From positions 299,150,001 to 299,214,000 of the forward strand of contig OZ024741.1 in assembly GCA_964016885.1 (NCBI GenBank): a stretch of 64,000 nucleotides of DNA. Direction: 5' to 3'. Position 1 is the stretch's first letter; the number at the start of each line of letters is the position of its first letter. The notes under the pieces are model-generated. The model saw nothing but the letters and a program-made list of their open reading frames with translations. It was not told where the DNA came from and searched no databases. The translations under genes and the position numbers were made by a program. Shown piece by piece: positions 53,651-64,000 of the stretch. This stretch comes from Eledone cirrhosa. Its lineage: Eukaryota.

Positions 53651-55652
53651 AATAGAAATGAAGATAATGTTAAATACATTTTTGACAAATTTTGCTTTAT
53701 CCTCACAGTCTAGTCATATTTACTTCTCTGTAAATTTCTCCACCACATCAAATAAGTCAGTTCGTATTACATGTAAAATAAGAATTCACATCCGTACGTA
53801 GTTTCTTACAGAGAATGGATGTCATTACGATAGCATACGTGAACGCAGCATGGTGAAATGCTGTTCCCTCCCACTGAATGACACCTTGGACGAGTGTCAT
53901 TTACTATAGCCTCAGATCGACCCAAACCATATGAGTGAAATCATTTAAACGGAAACTATTTGGACAAGGTGGACTTAATTCAAAAGGTCAGCCTTGTCAC
54001 ACACTAAATCTTCCTGAGAATTGCCTTAAGAGTACACTCTCTGCGGAATGCTCAGTCAGTTACTCGTTAAGTTTCTGATGAATCTGTTCCGTTAATTGAA
54101 CCTGTAATTCAAAAGGCCAGTCTTGTCACTCTCTATGAGACGTTCAATCTCCACGAGTATTATGGCAAAAGTAAATATGTCTGTGGTAGAATACTCAGTC
54201 ACTTACACGTTAATTTCCGAGCAGGTAGTTCTATTGAGCGAACACATGGAACACTCATTGCTGAAACCAATGGAGATCCATTCCATTTCATATGTATTTA
54301 TTTTCGTTATATAATTTATTAGCTGAGGTACCAGGCCTCACCCGGGTGGAGAGTTAAAGGAAGACGGGTAGAAGAGAAAATGGCTTTACTGTATGTATTG
54401 TCAGGTTCACAGTATGAGTTGAGACAGTAATTTGTGTGTGCGTGTGTATGACAAAAATCCAGAAATACCAGATTCTTCGTTTTACAGTTCGGGCATTGTA
54501 TATGAACATTTCTAGGTGTTCCGACACGTGAATAACCAACAATCAAATACCTGGAACACTCATTGTTGAAACTAAGTCCATTCCAATTAATAATTTATAA
54601 AGATTTAGTCTCGTAATATAACCTATTATGACTGCATTTGTGTATATACATCGGCACTTGTGTATACATCTGCATTTGTGTATATACATTTGACGATAAC
54701 CTATGAGATTATTGTCTATCATGATAATTACATAGAATTGTTGTCGTATTGTGTGAATAATGGTATAGATATCTATCTCTTATTTAACCCAGTATCTGTG
54801 TATAACTGTATGAATATCTATTATAACAATTATAAATATAACATACCATACCTGGGATGCTATTGTGGGCGTTTGAGTAAGTGAGTGTTATAGTATAGGT
54901 ATGGATGTTCTGTTATGTAAACTAGTTATATCATTTCGGTGTAAGATCTCTCTACTTTGTAAATTATATTTCTGCAATACATTTTATTTTCCTCGATATA
55001 CGAATGTTATTTATTTTAGACAGCGAGGCGGATAAATTTTAGTTTCTTTATTCTATATCCTATTTCCGAGCGAGTGAATTCTAATTTCTATTGTACTATT
55101 TTCGTTTACAACATGAAGTGTTGTTACTTTTTCTTCCCCGGTTAAGGAAAAGATAAAAGTAGTGTAGCATAGAAACGAACAACAGATTTATCTTCAATAC
55201 ACAAGAAACAATACTCTTGAAATTAACAAACATCAAACATGTAACTGGCGGCGATTTCGACACAAATTATCGGCTGCTGACTTTATCGTAATTGAATATA
55301 AATTCTGTTATGTCTAGGCTCAAGAGATTCATATATACATATAAATATATATATATATATATATAACACATATATTTTTACATAAGGGTTCAACATCTCT
55401 TCACTTCAAAATAAAAATATGACTATATAAATCAATATAGCTATGAAGAAAAACAGATAGAAATAAAGATAAAATATGAATACATAAATAGAAAATCAAC
55501 AGATTTATAAAACGAATGAATATGATTGTAAATATAAATGTGAATATAAAAATGATGTCCTTTGGACTTTCTGCATTTGAATATATATAGCTGTTGGTGC
55601 TTTTAAAGGTATAAGGAAGTTAGAACATACATATACACATACAAACACGCAC

Positions 55653-55711
<59 letters not shown>

Positions 55712-55715
55712 TTTA

Positions 55716-55839
55716 CAGGGGCCTGCCAAAGCAGGAATACACTACCGAAAAACAAAGCGTATTATGCGCACAATACGTATTATGAATCCTCGCCCCACTT
55801 TTATAATGCTTACTGAATGCATATTTTTGCAGGCCCCTG
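55716..55839. mobile_element. MITE, Tc1/mariner-like, TA TSD
   Basis: TA|caggggcctgccaaa ... ttttgcaggcccctg|TA inside a (TA)n tract. Confidence 0.75.
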
Positions 55840-55873
<34 letters not shown>

Positions 55874-56009
55874 AAATCGTGTATCGAAACAAATATTGTT
55901 ATACTTGGGGAAAACCAACCGAAACCAAACAGTGAATGTGTTCTGTTATTATTTCTGCCAATATTATAACAATATGACCATCCCCATGTATAACACACTA
56001 TATATATTT

Positions 56010-57064
56010 CTATCTATCTAAGGCGGGTAAAATTCCCGAGATCCATGGACGAATTCTCTCCAGCGGTCTCTGTCCCTCATTATCGCTGCCATGTCCTGCA
56101 TCTCCAACAGACCAGTGTCTGTCCTGAGGGCATCAACATACGTTAACCTTGGCCTTCCTCTTCTCGTGTGTCCATGTAGGGGCTCCCAAAGGAGTACTGA
56201 GTGCAATGTCAACTCTGGATGTCGGTGAGCATGTCCACCTAACCTCAGTCTCCACTGTGTCACTTTTGAGCTGACTTTTGGGATGCTCCCATACAGCTCT
56301 GAGTTTTTCATCCTCAGTGTATACTGATTAATGTTCAGAGCCATCCTCAGCATTCTCGTGTAGCACCCATCCACCATCTGAGTGAGTTTCTTGGTCAGTG
56401 TCCAAGTCTCAGACCCATACAGCAGCACAGACTCCACTGCAGCAATGAAGAGGCGGATTTTCAGGTCTCTACGAAGGTCCGACTTCCACACCGATCTCAA
56501 GCTGTGGCACGCCGCCCAGGCCTTTCTCTTCCTCTCAACCACATCATCTTCCGTATTCCCAATCTTTGCTCCCAAATACAGGAAGTCCTCAACCAATTCC
56601 AGCGGCTTCCCGCCTACATTAGTGATCCCCTCTGGCTTCTCAACATTCTCTACCAGATATTTTGTTTTAGTCTCATTCATTCTCAGCCCCACACTCATCG
56701 ACACAGTCTCAACCTCCCGCATCAAATCCTCTGCCTCCCTCACTGTATTTGTCACCAAAACTATGTCGTCGGCAAATTCAGCATCCGATACATTTTTCGC
56801 TCTAACTCTCATGCTCTGAGCCGGTGCTACAGTAAAGCCAGAGTCCTGGTGTTTCTCCAGTGCAAGGCGCATACAATAGTCCACTACGATGATAAAAATG
56901 TAGGGAGCCAATGTATCTCCCTGGAGCACTCCAGCCAGTATCTCAAAGGACTCTGTCATCCCATCAGGTGTAATGACTTGGGCTTTGGTGTTGGTGTAGA
57001 GCAGTGATATCAGGTCCACCATCCTCTTGGGGATTCCATAAGCCTGTAAGATCTTCATCAGGCA
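56010..57064 (-). mobile_element. RTE-clade LINE, 3' half (RT domains 4-7 and C-terminus)
   Basis: MKILQAYGIP, GVLQGDTLAP, FADD, FLYLG, LLYGSETW, RGRPR..REFYPP*. Confidence 0.95.
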
Positions 57065-59281
57065 GTAACGGGAGTTCAGGAGATGTGGGGAATGTGGAGT
57101 TACCCTTTAGTTGTCATGACTCCCAGGTCTGCCCTGGCCCGGGGTGGTAGTACCTGTTAGGGTGCCATTTATGGGTTAAATAACTACCTTATTCGAGTGG
57201 CGCCGGTAAGGTATTGTCAGCCATTGAAAAGAAATATGGAGAGTCGATCTAACAGCACTAGGGTTAGAGCCCCTAATTACACTGTCAAGGAGCAGCCTGG
57301 TCGTTATGACTCTGCTGGCTTAGAGCCACAGAGAGGGCCAGTGGATGATGGATCAGCTGTCTCTGAGACAAATATAAAGAATGCAGTTTTGTCCTGCAGA
57401 AGAGCCATCACAATGGGCACTTTGAATGTGAGGACTATTCGGACGCTGGAGAAGAGAGAGGAGTTGGGACATCTGTTCAAGGAGAGTGGTATACAGATAC
57501 TTGCGATCCAAGAACACAGTATTCTACACGATGAGCCCGTGAGGAGTGTGATGATCGGGAAGAAGAGCCAGCTCATCACTACATCGGCAGTGAAGAACAC
57601 AACAAATGCTGCAGTAGGAGGAGTAGGTTTTGTGTTCAGTGCAAAAACCAATCTGTTGGTGAGGGAAATAATGCCTATCTCCCCGCGAGTGTTGAGGGTG
57701 ACCTTCAATGGAAACCCAAGACTGACAGTCATCTCAGCCTATAGGCCAACCGAGGGGGACAGTGATGTGAATGCGGAAGAGTTCCATGAAGAGGTGTGTA
57801 GAGCTGTCAACACCACTCAGGCACACACTATCCTGCTTGTTTTGGGGGACTTCAATGCACATCTGAGTAAGGAGGGCAGTGAAGATCCTTGCTGGTACTT
57901 ACATAACAACACCAACCGAAATGGAAGACTACTGAGAGACACCCTGCAGGAGGCGAACTTGATGGCGACGAACCTAAGGTTTAGGAAGAATCTGGGGAAG
58001 ATGTGGACCTACATCTCAGATATGCACCTGTCCAAGTCCCAGATTGATTTCATTCTGGTGAGGAAAAAGTGGCGGAATAGTGTTCTGAACACGGAATCAT
58101 ACAGCTATTTCAGTACACTGGGTAGTGACCACCGGCTTGTTATGAGTGAGGTCCGCGTGAGCTTAAGAAAGAGCAAGGCTCAGCCCCGGAGAACAATCTA
58201 TGACTGGGGAGCTTTCAAGGAAGATGATAAGCTACAGGAGAGGTTCACAGTGGAAGTGAGAAACAGGTTTAGTGCTCTGTGTGGAGAGTCAGAGGAGAGA
58301 GAGATTGGATGGACTGAGGAGAGTGTGAGGAGGAGGTACGGCCACTTCACCAATGCAGTGGCGGAAGCAAGTAAAACCCTGGTGCCGAGGTAAAAGAACA
58401 AAGGGAAGCACGTCAGCTCTGCAAGCCCAAAAGTGTGTGCAGCCAGAGAACACCTGAAAGCTGCCAGGGACCAATTCTATGCTGATCCTACGGAGGAGAG
58501 GATGGAGACTGTGGAGGTGATGAGGGAAGAGCTCTGTACCGCTTACACTGAGGTCAGAGAGGAGGCACTGATAGAGAAGATCAGAAGTGTGGAGAGAGCG
58601 GTTGACAGATCTGGATGTAAGGAGAGCTGGATGATCATCAACGAGATCACAGGGAGGAAGAGAAGGTGTTCGAGTCAGATCCAGGGAACGGGGCCCGAGG
58701 ATAGGAAGAGGAAATGGCTAGGCCATTTTAGGACCCTACTAGTAGAGCCACCCTCCACAGCCCAGAGCACTGGGGTGATCCGGCGGCTGTTTGAGGAACT
58801 GGATGTTGAGACAGAGCCCTTCACCAGAGAGGAGCTTCAGAGAGCCAAGAAGAGGATCAAGGAGGGCAAGGCTCATGGAGAAGATGGAGTGGCATCAGAG
58901 GTAATGAAGAGGTGTGATTTTGATGATATCATCCTGGGGTTCTGTAACGGGGCAGTGGAGAAAGGAGTTGCCCCGAATCAGTGGAGGATCAGTAACATCG
59001 TCCTAGTGCCAAAGAAGGGAGATCTCTCTAACACCAACAACTACAGGGGGATCTCACTGACGTCACTTGTGGCAAAGTCCCTCAACAGGATGATTCTTAA
59101 CAGGATCCAGCCTGAGATGGAGAAGAAGCTCAGGGACAACCAGAACGGCTTCAGAGAGGGTAGATCAACCACCAGTCACATCCTGATGCTGAGGAGGATA
59201 TTAGAGGGAGCTAGAGCAAAGTGCCTTCCTGCGGTCATGGTTTTCCTTGACTTTAGGAAGGCCTTTGATTCTGTGGACCGT
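57065..59281 (+). mobile_element. RTE-clade LINE, 5' half (5'UTR, APE, RT N-terminus), inverted relative to the 3' half
   Basis: GTLNVRT, AIQE, GDFNA, IDFIL, SDH; KGDLS..NYRGISL, QNGFR, FLDFRKAFDSVDR, then (TA)n. One stop near 58391. Confidence 0.95.
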
Positions 59282-59379
59282 ATATATATATATATACGTG
59301 TGTATAATGGTAGCTATGATGCTTACATAGGCGGTATGCCAAAATTAGCACTCAATATTCATACAGAGCAGAGTGTGGA

Positions 59380-59621
59380 TAGTATAAAAAATCGAAAAAT
59401 CAGTGATGCATCTGGACTCACTTTATTGCGTGTTACAATTGCTTCGCCGGCAGGTAACTCGAGACAAGAACACTGTATGGATCTGGCTGATTATACGGCT
59501 GCAGGTTCCGTAGAATCAGCCAGATCCATACAGTGTTCTTGTCTCGAGCTACCTGCCGGCGAAGCAATTGTAACACGCAATAAAGTGAGTCCAGATGCAT
59601 CACTGATTTTTCGTTTTTTTA

Positions 59622-59626
<5 letters not shown>
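59380..59626. repeat. Near-perfect palindrome (119-bp arms, 9-bp spacer)
   Basis: tagtataaaaaatcgaaaaatcagtgatgc...tacgg ctgcaggtt ccgta...gcatcactgatttttcgtttttttatacta; about 3 mismatches. Confidence 0.92.
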
Positions 59627-59677
<51 letters not shown>

Positions 59678-59939
59678 ATAATAATAAAATTGAAGACTAA
59701 AATCCAAATTTCATCAAGCGTAGACAAGGTATGGTTTTGGTTTAAAAACACCCTGCACTTTGTGCATACTAACTAGTGTTAACTTTTAAAGCTCGGTGCC
59801 AGTCTTAATGCTACAGATTCAGTAGAAGTTAAGAATAGTTTGGTTTAATACCGAAACAATAATTAAAATTATAATCCTCAATTCGAGAGAAAAATTGTTC
59901 ATTTTACAATGCTTTACACACCATATTCCTTCCAGATGA

Positions 59940-60036
<97 letters not shown>

Positions 60037-61898
60037 GAGAGAAAGAGTAAGAGAATGGGATAAAGAGAGCTACGGGAAATATCGAAACTAATACTGGACT
60101 GGTGTTTTATTTTTCGATCTCGAGAGGATGCAAGATAAAATTGATGTCGGCTGGATTTGAACTCGGAATGCAGTTAGTCGGAACAAATACCGAAGCATTT
60201 AGTTTTGCTATTTTGCCGCCTTTCAATAAAGGGAGAGATAACTAAATATCACAAGACATTTTAACTACTGCATTCGATTAAATCTAAGTAATCTATAAAT
60301 ATCTCTGCAAGCTATATAAACACTTAAGTATTGTTTAATTAGTATTGGGTTGACGAATTAAGTAGACAATAAATGATAGATGAATATCTCTTTGTGTAGA
60401 ATGACAGTCTATGATTAGGGAACATTTCCTGAGTTCTTGATCGTTATCCTAATTAGGTGACCGCCCGTCTAGTTAGGTTAACGGAGATTTATGACTAATT
60501 AGCTCACTCGTCACAGAGAAAAGAAAAATGAAACACCAACACTGGTATTAAAATCACAAATATTAATATTAAGCTCCAATACATTAGTCATCTTTGCCTT
60601 AATGTATCAGCTAGAAATGAAAGAAATATCTCAAAGAAATATCAAGAGATTTAACATTTTCAGAATTAGTGTAGTGGCGTCTATACGGAAATCTAAAACA
60701 AGACGTTCTGTATTTTATTTCTTGCCATAATTTCTGAGCCCGATTAGAATAGTTAGGGAATTATTTGTAAAAGTAGCAATTTTTAATGAAATAGTTCTTT
60801 TACGAAGCGTAAAGCGATTGAATTTTGAAAGTAAATTAACATATTGTAAGCTTCTGCAACACAGGCTTGAGCATTGAAAAGTCGAACACATTCGTTATTT
60901 ACACCGCTAGTGAAGTATAAAAGTAGGTGGAGGTCACCTCTTCATTTCCACAGGTGATCCTGTTCACATTTTCCGTCTCTAGGATTTCATTTGCCCAACT
61001 TGTTCGACAATTTAGTAGTCATATGCATTGAATCAGCGTCTAACATGATACCAATTTTCAGTTTCAGGTGCCTTAAAAATAGGTTGGGTAAAGATAAAGA
61101 TTTGTGAGGCAACTTTCTTGGATTTAATGAAATGTTTAACAATATGTTCTCCTTGCTGAAATGCTGTCGGTTTATTCGTGCTCATTAATATCGTTTATGG
61201 TATTTTAACAACTCTCAGTCAAACAGTTGTGTGTGATTTTTTACAAGCGTTAAAACGTTCACGGCATAAATAGGGAAAAGGGAAAGAAGCTGTGTGTCAG
61301 ATTAGATCAAGTAAATAGTTTTTTTATTAGTCTTTCAATTTTTGATGCTATCTGAAGGTCACAACTCCTGGCAGAAGAGGCAACGTGAAATAAAGTACAA
61401 GAACACAACGAACCGTTTGATAGAGGAATGGAAATTATCATTTAACTCTTTTAGAATATAATTTCATTCTTCATCATGAAAGAAGGTGGATGATGAAAAG
61501 GCGAAACAAGCATTGTTCTTGTGTGAATGTCAATATTGGTAAAAGTAGAGAAGAGGGAGATAGAGTTAGGGGCGTAGAGATACAAACAGATATATAGACA
61601 GCGAGAAGAGGGAGGAGAGAGTACAGAGAAATAGCGAAAGAATGAGACAAAGAGAGAAGGGGAGAGATAAGGTTTGAAAAAGGCGAATATATCAACTGAC
61701 AGGAAGTGAATCACGATTATATCGCTTGATTGTAAACCTTACAGCTTACACTCCGAAGCAATTGCCTTCTCACGCCATTGACTTATACCTTCTGATGGGC
61801 GGTTTTAAATTTAAAAAAAACGTGCGTTTAAAAACCCATTTCTTTCTAGGTCTGAACACCACCGATTTCGTGCGGAAAAGACGATAGAAAAAGAGAGC

Positions 61899-61971
<73 letters not shown>

Positions 61972-62262
61972 ATATATAGAGAGAGGAGAAAGTAAAAGAA
62001 AGAAAATTTTCTGGCCTTGTTCTTAAATTAGAAATCATTAAAAATCTTTATAAAACTCGATTGAAAACGTAGAATCAAATCCTTAAAAGTATCGTTCTTG
62101 TAACATTTCTTGACTCAGATAAGAAATAAAATAAAAAAAATCATAGACAGTTTGAATAAGATTGCGTAGAAACTTTATTAAAGCTGCTTATATGAATCCT
62201 TATAATGCATTCATTATTCACAGACATATATATATGCATATATGTATATATATATATATATA

Positions 62263-62715
62263 TTTCGTTTCTGAATTTGTTTAGCAAGATTCTTTATCTG
62301 AAAACGTGTGTTGAAACCGATATTGTTATACTTTGGGAGGGTCATGTTGCCAATAAGAAACACACGCACCAGCGCTTTCACTTCAATTTATTATAATAAA
62401 TTTATAAATTTAGGAATTTATACACCCGGATGTAAGACATGCGCAAACTAAGCACACAACACACACACAAAAAACAAGATGGCGTAGGACAGAACAAAGG
62501 AGAGGCACAAAAACAAAGAAAAGAATCCCCAGTCACTGAAGAGGTCACAGAATGTGTGACGAAAGAACTTTGACAATATATAAACAATCATCTGGTTGTG
62601 GAACCAACCAACCGGAAATTTAGAAATTCCTAAATTTATAAATTTATTATAATAAATTGAAGTTGAACAACTGGTGCGTGAGTTTCTTATTGGCAACATG
62701 ACCCTCCCAAAGTAT

Positions 62716-62720
<5 letters not shown>
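62263..62720. mobile_element. Inverted (two-armed) insertion of the Penelope-terminal-like repeat, between two (TA)n tracts
   Basis: 62320-62420 is the reverse complement of ~62622-62720. The left arm matches rc(13990-14117) and the right arm matches 19870-20148. Confidence 0.8.
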
Positions 62721-62760
<40 letters not shown>

Positions 62761-64000
62761 TATGTATAAATATATATATATGCACATACATATGGTCTGT
62801 GTATATGTGTGTGTGTCTGTGTTTGTTTATGCGCGTGTTTGTGTGTGAGCCATAGGTAGTGGGCGTGAGAGTCATCAATAACTAGATAAAGACTGGAAGA
62901 GAATTAAAAACTTAATGATACTCTTCAGAGACGAAACTAAGAAAGATAATGTGAGATGAATATATGAAATCAACAGAAGATAGTAAGAGAGAGATTGATA
63001 TAGAGAAAGAGCATTTGGGAGGATGAGAGAGGGTGAGGAAGAAAGAGAAAAGGTAGAATGATAGAGAGAGAGTGGAAAACTAAACTGAGAAAACAATACA
63101 GAAAAATAACCTCATCAAACATGAAATAGCGAATGAAGATTAGCAGAGAAAATGATGGTGAAGAAAGGAAAATAGAATGGATTAAAACGGAAGATTTAGA
63201 TAGATAGAGAGTGATAGTAAGAAATAAGCAAGTCATATAAACTGAGTAAGGTGTTATCTAAATATATATTAGTAAAAAGTGTATGTATATATATAAACAC
63301 CCAGTCACCCCCCACAAACACACACAAACCCAAGAACACAGACACACACACAACACACACAATGTGACACTTGAATGCGAGCAACTAGTTTCATCTTCAG
63401 CTACGAAACTGTAAACTAAATGCTTGTATCCATTTCCTGCTTATGTTCGTATTCTATGAGCACATTCGCTGATATAGAGTCATGAGATCGATTTGCGGGT
63501 GATGCATGACACTTCATGATACGTTGCTCTATTCAACTTACAAATAGAAGTTTCGACCAATCTAGTGCCAAGATCTATCCATCTCAGACAAGATTTAGAG
63601 AGGGGAGGGTAGTTACTGACTGACTTGCCATACAACCTCATGCACAGGCTTCTCTATATATATGTGTTAGGCCATCATCGGTTCAGCCGACGAGTGTTCC
63701 AGATATACGAAACTGGGAACAGCTTGCTCGTGAAATTAAAGTGCAAATGAATCATTATGTCACAGGAACATGCACTTATAACGTAGATCTCAGGGTTATT
63801 CATTAGCACACTATGTGTGATAAGGCTGGTCTTTTGAATTACAGGTATAACTGCTTTTTATCAGCTAAAAAGATTGGGGCAACATGAAATAAAGAATCTT
63901 GCTCAAATTACGATTATGAACGGAAGAACAACGCTGTTTCTTTTCAATGTGCTTCTAATATGTAAATATTTTAATTGCTATGGTATGAAGTTATCTCTTG

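Noticed and set aside
58433-59776. 447-aa ORF with novel C-terminus
   Set aside because: RTE RT reads through the inversion breakpoint into TA repeats and the palindrome.

Overview
AT-rich, microsatellite-dense metazoan DNA. The repeat content (long (TA)n/(CA)n tracts, tRNA-derived SINEs, Tx1/L1, R4/Dong, RTE, Penelope-like remnants, mariners) suggests an octopus or other cephalopod, but this is an inference. I found only one host coding exon: a GPR158/GPR179/CG31760-like class C GPCR Cache-domain exon at 4633-4816 (-), so the rest is probably intron. Two things stand out. (1) An array of an apparently identical 310-bp unit at 21675-26158 carries a minimal type I hammerhead ribozyme in each unit (15 copies), i.e. 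a non-LTR retrozyme that probably makes a circRNA. It is arranged as a head-to-head palindrome inside a (TA)n tract. (2) The same architecture recurs across unrelated retroelement families: two cDNAs joined at their 5' ends with 3' ends pointing outward into a microsatellite or TSD. Examples are two independent Tx1 x Dong chimeras with complementary (ATT)/(TAA) tails, an RTE with twin-priming geometry, a TSD-bounded inverted SINE and several smaller fold-backs. This suggests frequent two-ended (twin or heterologous) target-primed reverse transcription at microsatellites. All calls were made by eye; no alignments or searches were run.
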